64,000 nt of DNA from Candidatus Sumerlaeaceae bacterium (GCA_051003195.1 JBPCLP010000021.1:250016-314015); one strand, 5' to 3'; positions 45,906 through 56,212 are shown, counted from the first letter of the stretch. Numbers and translations are program-made. The notes: a model not told the origin generated them from the letters alone.

Positions 45906-47450
45906 TCAAAGCCCCGGGACGCAATTAACCTGGTCCGGCTGAATCCATACTTCCAGGAGGCCGAAGCGACGCACGGCCCACCCGACGACATTTTTGATCG
46001 GTCGATACCTCTCGTTTATGATATAGTGCTTCAGAGTTGCAGCCGTTTCAACCGGGTGTCGCAGCCGCGTTCCATTTCCTTCAAACATGACAATCAGGTA
46101 TAACAGTTGGTAGTCAATACCATCGCCGCCGTTGTTTTGCACGAGCTGAACTTCACGGTCGCGGGAGTCGCTGCACACAAAAGCCACGGCATCTCGCTGG
46201 TCACGGTAGCTCGGATACCTGACTAAAGCCGGCTCGGCTTGCCTGAGTGCATTGATATACGTGAAATGGTATAGCGCAAAGCCTGATAATACGATGCCAA
46301 TAACCATGCTGCCAACTGCAAGGCGCACATGGCTGCTTTTTGGCATCAGCCACTCTACTGCACTGCCGGCGAGTATCCATGGGCCAGGTAAGGCAACAAG
46401 CCAGTAGGCGGGAACAGTGGTAACTTTCATCAGGGTGAACGAAAGGAGCGGAACAATACACCAGATAAGACTGAGGCTCTCAACTGGTTGCTCATCAATT
46501 CTACCGCGTGTTGAAACGCGATAGACAAACAGGGCTAAAGAGATTAGAAGAAGCAGCGGAAGCATGTATTTAATTATCCGAAACGTCGGTAGCGCGGAGA
46601 GGAAGACATGATAGTTTTCCTGCAAAGCGGTTGCTGAGTCGAAGTCGGATAGTGAGTGCAGGGCAGCGAGCCACAGCGCAGAAGGGTCCCATTTGCCGGA
46701 TTTTCCGGCTAACGCGTCTCCAATCGAGCGGAGATCGGCAAAGCTGGTTCGGTATTCTTGCACCAGGTACGGAATGTAGGTTGCGGTCGCAAGACATACG
46801 CCGATCACGAGATACCTCCACACCGGCTTCACCCGAAAGAGCACCAGCGCACCAACAGCGTTTACCAGGAGCAGAGCCCCCGAGAAGTGCACCTGTTGGG
46901 CCGCGGAGATGGCGAGCGGAAGTAGAAGCCACGGCCAGCGCGCAGCACGCATTTCGATACAGCGCAGCAGGAGCAGAAGAGTTGCAATCGACAGCGCAGG
47001 AATGAGCGAGTGTCCCCATAGCCGGTTCGTCAGGTACAATGGTCCAGGGCTGAGACACGCGAATGTCAGCAAGGTAACCACTCCCCAACTCCAGGCCTGG
47101 CGGCGGACAAGGTAATATCCCAGCAAGCCAATGAATAGTACAATCCCGAACTGGAGCATCCCGACGGCTATGAGCGGCGATTTAGAGATCAGGAATGCCG
47201 GAGCAATCAGGTAGATAAACAAGGGCGGATTGTAGAAGCCGAGGCTGGCACGCACTCCAAACAGGGGAATATCTCCATGTTCCACAAGCTGGAGCGCATA
47301 AATGCTGGCAACCCCTTCATCGAGGTCGTAAAGCATCAGCTCCAGTGGCCACACGCGGACAAGCAGTGCCGCGATTAAAAGGGCTGCACCAGCCCCCCAA
47401 ATGAAGCGGCACCTGATCACTGGCATGGGGTCACGCAGATCGCCACTCAC
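45906..47450 (-). CDS. GT-C (ArnT/PMT-like) membrane glycosyltransferase
   Basis: TM1 then DLDE, GFYNPPLFIYL, QQVHFS, multiple TMs. Confidence 0.75.
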   Translation of the reverse strand: MSGDLRDPMPVIRCRFIWGAGAALLIAALLVRVWPLELMLYDLDEGVASIYALQLVEHGDIPLFGVRASLGFYNPPLFIYLIAPAFLISKSPLIAVGMLQFGIVLFIGLLGYYLVRRQAWSWGVVTLLTFACLSPGPLYLTNRLWGHSLIPALSIATLLLLLRCIEMRAARWPWLLLPLAISAAQQVHFSGALLLVNAVGALVLFRVKPVWRYLVIGVCLATATYIPYLVQEYRTSFADLRSIGDALAGKSGKWDPSALWLAALHSLSDFDSATALQENYHVFLSALPTFRIIKYMLPLLLLISLALFVYRVSTRGRIDEQPVESLSLIWCIVPLLSFTLMKVTTVPAYWLVALPGPWILAGSAVEWLMPKSSHVRLAVGSMVIGIVLSGFALYHFTYINALRQAEPALVRYPSYRDQRDAVAFVCSDSRDREVQLVQNNGGDGIDYQLLYLIVMFEGNGTRLRHPVETAATLKHYIINERYRPIKNVVGWAVRRFGLLEVWIQPDQVNCVPGL

Positions 47451-47574
47451 GAGTGGCCAGTGGCCGACTTCTGTATGGGCTATTGTAACAACAGTAGTTG
47501 AGGGTGATCATCGTACCTTTTCAAGGTCCATTCAGTTCCTTCCTTCCGGCATACTATCTGCATAGAAACTGCTG

Positions 47575-48540
47575 ATGAGCTCTGACCAGGACAATACTTA
47601 CCGCGTACTCATAGTCGACGACGAACCCATGAACGTCGATATGCTTGGGCGTCGTCTTACAAGTCGTGGCTACATGGTGGCAAGCGCTGCAAATGGGCAA
47701 GAGGCATTGAGGGCCGTAAAGGGCTCACTGCCTGACGTGATGCTCGTCGACGTAAACATGCCAGGCATGAGCGGTCTTGAGCTACTCGACAAACTTCGGG
47801 CAGATGAAAGTACTACAGCGGTGCCCATAATACTCGTGTCGGCATTATCCGACACTGAGAATATCGTGCGTGGCCTTCAGCGCGGTGCGAACGATTACGT
47901 GACTAAGCCTATTAATCTGCCGGTGTTGCTGGCGCGGATCGAAACGCACTTAAAAATGTCTTCGCTGGTAAGCCAGCTTGAAAACCAGAAAGAAATACTG
48001 GCAAAACTTGCGGCGTCAGATGATCTCACTGGTATTTACAATCGCAGGTCATTGTTCGAGTCGCTGGAGATCGACCTGGCCAGGGCGCAACGCTATCGTC
48101 ATGAGCTTACGGTTCTCATGATGGATCTGGACCACTTCAAAAACGTGAATGACCTGCATGGCCATGCAGCAGGCGATGCTGTGTTGCGGCAGTTTGCAGA
48201 TCGCATTAGCTCTCATTTACGCAGTACGGACGCGTTGTTTCGATACGGCGGTGAAGAATTCTGTGCAGTGCTTCCAGAATCCAATCATGAGCAAGGCATG
48301 CTCGTAGCCGAAAATCTTCGCAACGTGGTATTGTCAGAGCCGTTTAGGTATGAGGACCTGGAGCTTACCCTTACAGTCAGCATCGGTTTATCCACCTTTG
48401 CATTGCCGAAGCCTCTTTCCGCCGCCGAGCTGCTGGATCGCGCCGATAAGGCGTTATATGAGGCAAAAAACTCCGGCCGAAACAGAGTCTGCTGTTATGG
48501 CGCCCACACGCAGAACACTCCGTGGATAGCCGTGAGCTGA
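47575..48540 (+). CDS. REC-GGDEF diguanylate cyclase response regulator
   Basis: VDDE, DVNMP, KP; DDLTGIYNRR, DLDHFKNVND.HGH..GD, RSTD I-site, RYGGEEF. Confidence 0.95.
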   Translation: MSSDQDNTYRVLIVDDEPMNVDMLGRRLTSRGYMVASAANGQEALRAVKGSLPDVMLVDVNMPGMSGLELLDKLRADESTTAVPIILVSALSDTENIVRGLQRGANDYVTKPINLPVLLARIETHLKMSSLVSQLENQKEILAKLAASDDLTGIYNRRSLFESLEIDLARAQRYRHELTVLMMDLDHFKNVNDLHGHAAGDAVLRQFADRISSHLRSTDALFRYGGEEFCAVLPESNHEQGMLVAENLRNVVLSEPFRYEDLELTLTVSIGLSTFALPKPLSAAELLDRADKALYEAKNSGRNRVCCYGAHTQNTPWIAVS

Positions 48541-48633
48541 GCGCAAGCAGCGAAACATTCGGTTGACGCAGCATTTCAGTGCTCCAGAGCGTGAAAGCAC
48601 CGATTCCTCTATGAGTCCAGAAAGGTTCCTTTC

Positions 48634-50349
48634 ATGCAAAACAGCCATCGCGTACTTGGCGCGCTGCTGGTCACGGTTATGGCTGCCACACTCGCCCCGG
48701 GACAGACACCGCCGCAACGGCGCGCCGTGAGGCAGAAAACCGTCCAGGTCCAGCAAACTACAGGTCCTAAAGCCATGCGTGAATTTCGCGGTGTGTGGGT
48801 GGCAACGGTCTCAAACATCGATTGGCCATCTTCGCGAGGACTGACAACGGAACAGCAGAAAGCGGAACTCATTGCGATTTGCGACCGGTCCAAAGAATTG
48901 AACCTGAATGCAATCGTCTTCCAGGGTCGTCCCTCGTGCGATGCACTTTATGAGTCTAAGCTCGAACCATGGGCCGAGTATCTTACGGGCGAGCAGGGAA
49001 AGCCACCTGAACCGTATTATGACCCCATGCAGATGTGGGTCGACGAGGCACACAAACGCGGCCTCGAACTGCACGTGTGGTTCAATCCATATCGCGCGAA
49101 ACAGCCAAGTGCGCGTGGTGCCCTGGCTCCGAATCATCTCTTCAACACGCACCCGGATATGGTAAAAGAATACGGAAAGCACCTCTGGCTCGATCCAGGG
49201 GAGAAGTTCGTACAGGATCACTCAGTGGCTGTCATGATGGACGTCGTAAAACGGTACGACATCGACGGCGTGCACATGGACGATTACTTTTATCCATATA
49301 AAGAAAAAGACAAAAACGGAAAGATTATCGATTTTCCGGACGAGCCAAGCTGGAACAAATATAAGGCGGGCGGCGGCAAGCTGTCACGCGACGACTGGCG
49401 GCGTTCAAACGTGGATGTCTTCGTCGAGCGGCTCTATAAGAACATCAAAGCCGAAAAGCCCTGGGTGAAACTCGGCATCAGTCCGTTCGGCATCTGGCAG
49501 CCCGGCTATCCACCACAGATTAAAGGCTTCAACCAGTACACCGAATTGTACGCCGATGCTAAAAAGTGGCTGAATGAGGGCTGGGTGGATTACTTCACAC
49601 CACAGCTCTACTGGCGCATTTCCGCCGCAGCGCAAAGCTATCCCTACCTGCTGCGCTGGTGGCTTCAGGAAAACACCCACGACCGGCACATCTGGCCGGG
49701 CCTCTATACCAGCAAAATCAGTGGGGAAGCCAATGGCTTCAACGTGGACGAAATTGTGAACCAGATTGTGATTACGCGCTTTCTTAATGCGAATGGTAAT
49801 GTGCACTTTAGCATGAAACCGTTCCTCTCGAACAAGCATAAGCTAAATGACGCATTGACGACTGGCGGCGGAGTCTATGAGCAGCCGGCACTCGTGCCGG
49901 CCACACCCTGGCTCGGCGACGATGCTCCGGGCAGACCGCGTATCGAGTTCACCTCCCAGGCCGCTGAGGACACAACCTCCACCGCTTCTGCGGACACAAC
50001 CTCCACCGCTTCTGCGGAAACGTCGGGTACTGCTGCGGCGGAGTCCATCGCAAAGCCGTCTACTCCTGCGAAGGCTAAGCTCGGCGCCATTTCATGGAAA
50101 CCAACTGGTTCTAAAGCCTGGCTATGGGCGTTGTTCCTTAGAAAAGGTGACGCATGGACACTGCATGTGCTTCCTGGAGAACAGACGAGTTTCGACCTGG
50201 AAGCAGATTCCAAGGGTACTGGCCCGGCGGAAGTTTCGCTGCTGGGTGTCGACCGCAACGGCAATGAAGGACCTCGTGCGAACCTGAAGCTCGATAAGCA
50301 GAAGCCGACGTCGGACAAGCCGAAGGAAACGTACGGGCAAGTGCAGTAG
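48634..50349 (+). CDS. GHL10/DUF187 (YddW/DigH-like) exported glycoside hydrolase
   Basis: REFRGVWVATVSNIDWPS, AHKRGLELHVWFNPYR, YDIDGVHMDDYFYPY, GISPFGIW, PQLYW. Confidence 0.92.
   Translation: MQNSHRVLGALLVTVMAATLAPGQTPPQRRAVRQKTVQVQQTTGPKAMREFRGVWVATVSNIDWPSSRGLTTEQQKAELIAICDRSKELNLNAIVFQGRPSCDALYESKLEPWAEYLTGEQGKPPEPYYDPMQMWVDEAHKRGLELHVWFNPYRAKQPSARGALAPNHLFNTHPDMVKEYGKHLWLDPGEKFVQDHSVAVMMDVVKRYDIDGVHMDDYFYPYKEKDKNGKIIDFPDEPSWNKYKAGGGKLSRDDWRRSNVDVFVERLYKNIKAEKPWVKLGISPFGIWQPGYPPQIKGFNQYTELYADAKKWLNEGWVDYFTPQLYWRISAAAQSYPYLLRWWLQENTHDRHIWPGLYTSKISGEANGFNVDEIVNQIVITRFLNANGNVHFSMKPFLSNKHKLNDALTTGGGVYEQPALVPATPWLGDDAPGRPRIEFTSQAAEDTTSTASADTTSTASAETSGTAAAESIAKPSTPAKAKLGAISWKPTGSKAWLWALFLRKGDAWTLHVLPGEQTSFDLEADSKGTGPAEVSLLGVDRNGNEGPRANLKLDKQKPTSDKPKETYGQVQ
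49968..50018 (+). repeat. 24-bp perfect tandem duplication encoding DTTSTASA twice
   Basis: GGACACAACCTCCACCGCTTCTGC at 49968-49991 and 49992-50015. Confidence 0.95.
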
Positions 50350-50371
50350 TTATCAGTTGGTTGAGTTCATT

Positions 50372-50404
50372 GCCCCGGCTGCTCAGCCGGGGCTTTCATT
50401 TTTT
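50372..50404 (+). terminator. Rho-independent terminator between convergent genes
   Basis: GCCCCGGCT-gctc-AGCCGGGGC followed by TTTCATTTTTT. Confidence 0.85.
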
Positions 50405-51511
50405 GCTGCTCTCTTCAAGTGCTGCCCGCACAGCCGGCAGCAACTGTTCGGCAATGATTTTATGACCGACCGCATTCGGATGAAGATCGTCTTTGTTGAT
50501 CCAAAGAGATTTTTCATCCCGACGATTCTTAAAGAGATATTGGAGTAGTGCAGGCGCGGGGTCGACCCACTTGAATCCCGCTTCCGTGGCAAATTGCATG
50601 AGTCTCTCAGAGCGAACAACTCCCGCAGATTCGACCGATGGTTTAGAGTACATGCGGTGAAGCACGCATAACGGAATAATTCCATGACTCGTCGCTTCAC
50701 GTACAAGATCCTTTAGCGCCTGTACCATGGGCTCCTCCCCAACCAGGAAACGATACTCAGCAGGGACGAGTTCCGGACGAAACCCGATGACATCGCGACC
50801 GTGCCCAATGCCGCCAGCTTCCGCAATTCCTCCAAGAGCCAGCCTGGCCGTGTCTCCAAGTTTGCGTCCGATCATTTGGTCCCGGATGGTCTCCAGGATA
50901 AAGCAGCGTCCAGGACTCCATGCCTGCGGGCGAATGCGCACGAAGTTTGGAACCTCGTCATCATTATCAACAAGGCTTAGAAGTAACACGTCCGGCTCAT
51001 ACCCGAGAACTTTCTCACGGAGTGTGGCGAGTTCCATAACCGTGTTGTAGCCCGGTACCGCGAAGTTCAGCACTTCGACGCGAGAGCTCGAGGTTGAGCC
51101 CATCAACTCCAGTTGGTCAGAAAATCGCTCTTCCTGCCGAACGCCCCACCCAAACGCAATGGAATCGCCAAGAACGGCCACCCTTGTAATACCGCCAGGT
51201 TTTGCCTTTGCTCTTTGCCCGTCTCGAAAACCATCTCGGTTTATGACCAGCGGCTGACCAACAAATCTTCCATTTGCTCCTGCGATCATTTCATAAACCC
51301 TCTGAACATCAGCAGCCGGACGGATAATGTCCCACAGCGTGAGATCGCCTCCCCATTCGCGGCTTACATGCTCGTGCAACTGGTCTATGAACCCCGCCCT
51401 GCGAACGAGAAAAATGCGAACGCTTACCTCCAGCAGCAGCAAGCCAAAGAGCAGGCCGAGTAGTGAAGCAACGATGGCAAATAACACACGCCTTCTTCGA
51501 GTCGGGGACAT
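50396..51511 (-). CDS. Membrane-anchored SGNH/GDSL hydrolase-family protein
   Basis: TM, IN..GFRD, VLGDSIAFG, NFAVPGY, ND, DLHPN..GH; start taken at ATG 51511. Confidence 0.85.
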   Translation of the reverse strand: MSPTRRRRVLFAIVASLLGLLFGLLLLEVSVRIFLVRRAGFIDQLHEHVSREWGGDLTLWDIIRPAADVQRVYEMIAGANGRFVGQPLVINRDGFRDGQRAKAKPGGITRVAVLGDSIAFGWGVRQEERFSDQLELMGSTSSSRVEVLNFAVPGYNTVMELATLREKVLGYEPDVLLLSLVDNDDEVPNFVRIRPQAWSPGRCFILETIRDQMIGRKLGDTARLALGGIAEAGGIGHGRDVIGFRPELVPAEYRFLVGEEPMVQALKDLVREATSHGIIPLCVLHRMYSKPSVESAGVVRSERLMQFATEAGFKWVDPAPALLQYLFKNRRDEKSLWINKDDLHPNAVGHKIIAEQLLPAVRAALEESSKK

Positions 51512-51798
51512 TTTCACAACGAAAGCTGGTGCACTGGCCAGCATCAAAACAAATGTGTTCGCTGCCTGGGAGACGCAGCTCACCTGATACCTGCGACAAT
51601 GTGGCACGATTAAATACTCCTTGGTAACCTCTGGGTACGAAACCGGCCCGCAACCGGTGCTGACGTCCCGTATTGAAGCGGCCATTCCCGTGCTAAGTTG
51701 AGAGAAATCAGAGTCAAAAACGTTTTCGTGTGGCGGTAAAGATGGTGGCACAACGTTCGCCAAGTCTCTGTCCGGCAATTCTTACCTGGAGTATAACT

Positions 51799-53295
51799 GT
51801 GATTCCAAACAAAACTGGGCTGCACGTGCTAGCCGCGAGCCTGTTAATCGCGCTACCCGCCGTGCCCGCCCTTGCTGAAACAGCCCCTGACCAACCGATA
51901 ACTCGTTACACTTTTCGCGATGTCGCACGCAAAGTAGCGCCCGCCGTCGTTAACATCCGCATCAAGAGCAACATCGTCTTTGGAAAGAATGGTGGTCCGC
52001 GTAACATTCAGATCCCACCGAACTTCGGTTTTGACGATCAGATGCGTGAGTACCTGGAAAAATTGTTCGAGCGCGAGATGCCAAATATGAGTCCTCGCGA
52101 TGCGGACGAATACAAATATGCACGTTCCGGCTCCGGGGTCATTATCAGGCCCGAAGGATATGTGATCACCAGCAACCATGTCGTCGCCAGCACAAATGCA
52201 AACGACATCGAAGTCTCCCTGCCAGACGGACGCTCCTTTAACAAGGTCAAGATCGTGGGCACAGATGATCTGACCGATCTTGCTGTCCTGAAAATCGATG
52301 AAGAGGTCAAAGACCTTCCTCACATTGCCTGGGGTGACTCGGACAAGCTCGAGGTTGGCGACTTCGTCGTAGCAATTGGAAACCCCCTCGAGTTTAACAA
52401 CAGTGTGTCCGAGGGCATCGTTAGTGCAAAACATCGCACGATCAAAAAGGCCCCAATCGAGGACCTGATTCAGACAACTGCCATGATCAATCCCGGCAAT
52501 TCCGGGGGCGCTCTCGTCGATCTGGATGGTTCGCTCATCGGCATCAACATGGCCATCGCGACATCGACAGGAATGTGGAGTGGCCTCGGCTTCGCGATAC
52601 CGAGCCACACTGCTAAAGATGTAACAGACCAGATCATCGACCGCGGCAAGGTTGCGCGCGGATATCTTGGTATCGACATGGCAACGCTCACGACGAACCT
52701 TGGCGAGCAGCTTGGCTACGACCAGCAAGACGGTATCGTGGTTAAAGGCGTGCGTCCGGGCAGCGCCGCGGAACGTGCAGGGCTTCAGCGCTACGACATT
52801 ATCGCCAGGGTCGGTGGCAAAGAAATCAAAGAGATTAACGATATGCACCGCAACATTGGCGGGCGTCGTTCCGGCGAACAGGTCGAACTGGAAATTTTTC
52901 GCGACGAAGGAACCGACAAGCTCCAGCAGAAGAAGATTGTTGTGACGCTGGACGAGCGACCTTCGGTGTCTGAAATTGACAAGATGCTCCAGGGACCAAA
53001 CGCCACCGACAATGCACCGAAACTGCCGGGAAACAAGGCGGACAAGGGACTGCTTGGTCTACAGGTGGAACCGAGACCGGAAGGCAAAGGTGTCGTTGTG
53101 AAAGAAGTGGAAGAGCGTAGCAGGGCCGGGCTCGCCGGCATACAGAAGGGCGATGCGATCCTCGAGGTAAACCGGCAACCCGTCAACAACACACAGGATC
53201 TTCAAAAGGCAATGCGTGACACTACGAACAACAGCCACCTCTTCTTTGTGGAGCGTCAGGGCACCTCCGCATTCGTCACGATTCCGGCGGAGTGA
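51799..53295 (+). CDS. degP: DegP/HtrA serine protease with two PDZ domains
   Basis: PAVVNI, GSGVI, SNHVV, TDLAVLKI, INPGNSGGAL, two PDZ; GTG start with GGAG. Confidence 0.93.
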   Translation: MIPNKTGLHVLAASLLIALPAVPALAETAPDQPITRYTFRDVARKVAPAVVNIRIKSNIVFGKNGGPRNIQIPPNFGFDDQMREYLEKLFEREMPNMSPRDADEYKYARSGSGVIIRPEGYVITSNHVVASTNANDIEVSLPDGRSFNKVKIVGTDDLTDLAVLKIDEEVKDLPHIAWGDSDKLEVGDFVVAIGNPLEFNNSVSEGIVSAKHRTIKKAPIEDLIQTTAMINPGNSGGALVDLDGSLIGINMAIATSTGMWSGLGFAIPSHTAKDVTDQIIDRGKVARGYLGIDMATLTTNLGEQLGYDQQDGIVVKGVRPGSAAERAGLQRYDIIARVGGKEIKEINDMHRNIGGRRSGEQVELEIFRDEGTDKLQQKKIVVTLDERPSVSEIDKMLQGPNATDNAPKLPGNKADKGLLGLQVEPRPEGKGVVVKEVEERSRAGLAGIQKGDAILEVNRQPVNNTQDLQKAMRDTTNNSHLFFVERQGTSAFVTIPAE

Positions 53296-53371
53296 CGCGC
53301 ATACAACGCTGTGGAAACATCGGTGGCGCTCGCGCCATGAGAGGCTGGTATTTGGGATGGACAAATCAAGT

Positions 53372-53426
53372 TTGGCGCTCGGCGGTCGGGAGAAACAACC
53401 CCGGCTCCTGCCGCCGGTGTCGCCAA
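53372..53426. other. GC-rich imperfect hairpin upstream of moxR
   Basis: TTGGCG/CGCCAA, TCGGCGG/CCGCCGG and CGGGAG/CTCCTG stems around a 12-nt loop. Confidence 0.5.
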
Positions 53427-53466
53427 TTAATTGCGTGTTTTCCAGGGGCAGATAATTGAGGGTGCA

Positions 53467-54552
53467 ATGAACTCCGAACTCGAATCACTAACAGAGCAGA
53501 TACAGGAAGCCGGTGCTTTCGTCGACCGGATCACCAGCGAAGTAGGCAAGGTCATCGTCGGTCAGCGCTACATGGTCGACCGGCTCCTGATCGGTATGCT
53601 GAGCAACGGGCACGTTCTGCTGGAGGGCGTGCCTGGCCTGGCGAAGACGCTGGCCGTCAAGACCCTCTCCCAGGCGATCGACGCTAAATTCCAACGGATC
53701 CAGTTCACGCCCGACCTGCTGCCCGCGGATCTTGTGGGCACCCTGATTTATAATCAGAAAGAAGGCACGTTCGAACCTCGAAAAGGTCCCGTGTTCGCAA
53801 ACCTTATCCTCGCCGACGAGATCAACCGCGCCCCTGCGAAAGTGCAGAGTGCGCTGCTCGAAAGCATGCAGGAACACCAGGTCACGATTGGCGACACAAC
53901 CTATCCTTTGCCGGAGCCATTCCTGGTGCTCGCCACGATGAACCCCATTGAGCAGGAGGGCACGTATCCATTGCCCGAGGCGCAGGTCGACCGGTTCATG
54001 CTTAAACTCAAGGTCACCTATCCCAGCAAAAAAGAAGAACGAGCCATCCTGGACCGAATGACAGATCCGCGGACCGAGGACCCTGCCGGTATGGCCGCTG
54101 CACTTGACACGAACCCGCGTGAAATCGCGACGGCGGTGGCGCACGCGCCCTCGTCCAACGGACGCAGTAACGAGTTCGGTGTGCGTGCAGTTGCCAGTAC
54201 GGCCGATATTCTGCGCGCACGGAAGCTCGTGCAGCAGATTTACGTGGATGAGAAGGTGAAGAACTACATTCTCGATCTCGTTTTCGCGACTCGTCGGCCA
54301 GAAGACTACAAAATCAACGTAGGCCAGTACATTGAATACGGCGCAAGCCCGCGCGCGACGATCTTCCTCGCGGTTGCGGCCAAGGCCTATGCTTTTCTGC
54401 GGCACCGGGCGCACGTAACGCCGGATGACGTTAAGACAGTCGGCGTAGATGTACTGCGCCACCGCGTGATTCCGACTTACGAAGCAGAAGCCGAGGAGAT
54501 AAGCAGCGAGGATATTATTAAGAAGATTTTTGACGAGGTCGAGGTGCCCTGA
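53467..54552 (+). CDS. moxR: MoxR-family AAA+ ATPase
   Basis: LEGVPGLAKT, RIQFTPDLLPAD, ADEINRAPAKVQSALLE, NPIEQEGTYPLPEAQVDRF, GASPRA. Confidence 0.96.
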   Translation: MNSELESLTEQIQEAGAFVDRITSEVGKVIVGQRYMVDRLLIGMLSNGHVLLEGVPGLAKTLAVKTLSQAIDAKFQRIQFTPDLLPADLVGTLIYNQKEGTFEPRKGPVFANLILADEINRAPAKVQSALLESMQEHQVTIGDTTYPLPEPFLVLATMNPIEQEGTYPLPEAQVDRFMLKLKVTYPSKKEERAILDRMTDPRTEDPAGMAAALDTNPREIATAVAHAPSSNGRSNEFGVRAVASTADILRARKLVQQIYVDEKVKNYILDLVFATRRPEDYKINVGQYIEYGASPRATIFLAVAAKAYAFLRHRAHVTPDDVKTVGVDVLRHRVIPTYEAEAEEISSEDIIKKIFDEVEVP

Positions 54553-55331
54553 TGCCTCGACCGCGGCCGTCACTGCTCGAATGGGAACGCTGGGGCAAAG
54601 CAGATCCCATGTACGGCGTGGCGACCGTGCGCGGGCGGGAATTCGACGGCCCACAGCCATGGACCGTCGACGACTTTTACAGAATGGGCGAAGACGAAGT
54701 GCGTACATTCCTGGATATGTGGCAGCAATATCTCGGCAAGGCGCCTTCAGGTGATCTTGCTGAAATAGGCTGCGGTGCGGGGCGGCTGACTCGCAGTCTT
54801 GCCGCGCGCTTTGAACAGGTCTTTGCGACGGACATATCCACCGGCATGCTGGAGGCAGCTCGTGAGCACATGCCTTCCAATGTCGTGCTTCGCAAAGGAG
54901 ATGGGCTCACGCTTCCATTCGAATCACGATCTGTCGATGCCGGATTTTCGTATATCGTGTTCCAGCATTTTGACGGCCGGGCCATGATTGAGCAATACGT
55001 GAAGGAACTTGCGCGTGTCTTGCGGCCGGGCGGAACTGTCATGCTGCACGTCCCTGCCGTGGAACCCGTTCAGCGGTTTCGCCAGATCGTCGGCCTGTTC
55101 GGCCTGCGGCGGCGCATCACACAGTTTTTGACCAGTCGCGGCAGCTTCCCCTCGCCCCGCCAGCGCTTCTTCGTTACCATGAATTACCGGATGTACAACG
55201 TTTCAAAAATTCAGGCTATACTGAAGCGCAACGGCTTTACGCGGCTTCGTACAATCCAGATGCCTGGAAGCGATCGACGTGGCACGTTTCACTTCGGTCG
55301 TTTCGAAGTGCCGGTTGGGAGCATGTCATGA
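54552..55331 (+). CDS. Class I SAM-dependent methyltransferase
   Basis: EIGCGAGRL, DIS..ML, VFQH, ARVLRPGG; overlaps both neighbours. Confidence 0.88.
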   Translation: MPRPRPSLLEWERWGKADPMYGVATVRGREFDGPQPWTVDDFYRMGEDEVRTFLDMWQQYLGKAPSGDLAEIGCGAGRLTRSLAARFEQVFATDISTGMLEAAREHMPSNVVLRKGDGLTLPFESRSVDAGFSYIVFQHFDGRAMIEQYVKELARVLRPGGTVMLHVPAVEPVQRFRQIVGLFGLRRRITQFLTSRGSFPSPRQRFFVTMNYRMYNVSKIQAILKRNGFTRLRTIQMPGSDRRGTFHFGRFEVPVGSMS

Positions 55332-56206
55332 TCCCAAAGGAATTGTTTGGCCGTGTGCGGCAAATCGAAATCGTGACCAATCGGCTTGTCGATGAAGTCA
55401 TGGCGGGCAGCTACCACAGCACATTCAAGGGTCGCGGAATGGAGTTCGACGAAGTGCGGGAATACGCCGCAGGAGATGACGTCCGCTCGATCGACTGGAA
55501 CGTAACTGCACGCGCCGGTGCTCCCTATATCAAGCGCTACGTCGAAGAGCGCGAACTTACGGTCATGCTGATGGTGGACCTTAGCGCGTCCACCGACTTC
55601 GGCTCCGGCGAGAGCACTAAGGGTGAACTGGCCGCGGAGATCTGCTCGTTGCTGGCTTTCAGCGCCATCAAAAATAACGACCGGGTGGGGCTGATGATCT
55701 TTACGGATCGCGTAGAGAAATTCATTCCTCCAAAAAAGGGGAAGAACCACGTTCTGCGGGTAATCCGCGAAGTGCTGGCGTACCAGCCTGAGCACCGGGG
55801 AACAGATATCCCCGCGGCTATCGAACACCTCATGCGGCTGCTGAAAAGAAAAAGCGTCGTGTTTTTACTGAGCGACCTTATCGGGGCTGAGGAATTGCGC
55901 CGGCCCCTTTCAGTTCTGAATCGTACGCACGATCTCATCGCCATTAAGATTCGTGACCCGCGTGAGGCCGAACTTCCCGCAATGGGTTTCGCTCCCTTTG
56001 AGGACCCGGAAACGGGCGAGATTGTCTTCGTTGACACCTTCAATCCCCGGGTACGTCGCGCTTATGTGGAGGCAGCCCAACGTAGCCATGCCGCCGTTCA
56101 GCAACTGCTGCGGCAATTGAAAGTGGATGTCGCTGAGATCTACACGGACAAATCCTATCTTGAACCGATCGTTCACTTATTCCGCCGCAGAGCTCACAGG
56201 TACTAA
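55328..56206 (+). CDS. DUF58 (VWA-like) MoxR partner
   Basis: FKGRGMEFDEVREY..GDDVRSIDWNVTAR, EEREL, DLSAS, NDRVGL. Confidence 0.95.
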   Translation: MIPKELFGRVRQIEIVTNRLVDEVMAGSYHSTFKGRGMEFDEVREYAAGDDVRSIDWNVTARAGAPYIKRYVEERELTVMLMVDLSASTDFGSGESTKGELAAEICSLLAFSAIKNNDRVGLMIFTDRVEKFIPPKKGKNHVLRVIREVLAYQPEHRGTDIPAAIEHLMRLLKRKSVVFLLSDLIGAEELRRPLSVLNRTHDLIAIKIRDPREAELPAMGFAPFEDPETGEIVFVDTFNPRVRRAYVEAAQRSHAAVQQLLRQLKVDVAEIYTDKSYLEPIVHLFRRRAHRY

Positions 56207-56212
56207 GGAACT

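Noticed and set aside
51512..51798. Apparent overlap of SGNH and degP ORF starts
   Set aside because: Artefact of longest-ORF calling; plausible starts at 51511 and 51799 leave a normal divergent intergenic region
53488..54708. 406-aa minus-strand ORF, also 51853-52848, 34440-35540 and 40930-41850
   Set aside because: Lie antisense to clearly identified genes; typical shadow ORFs
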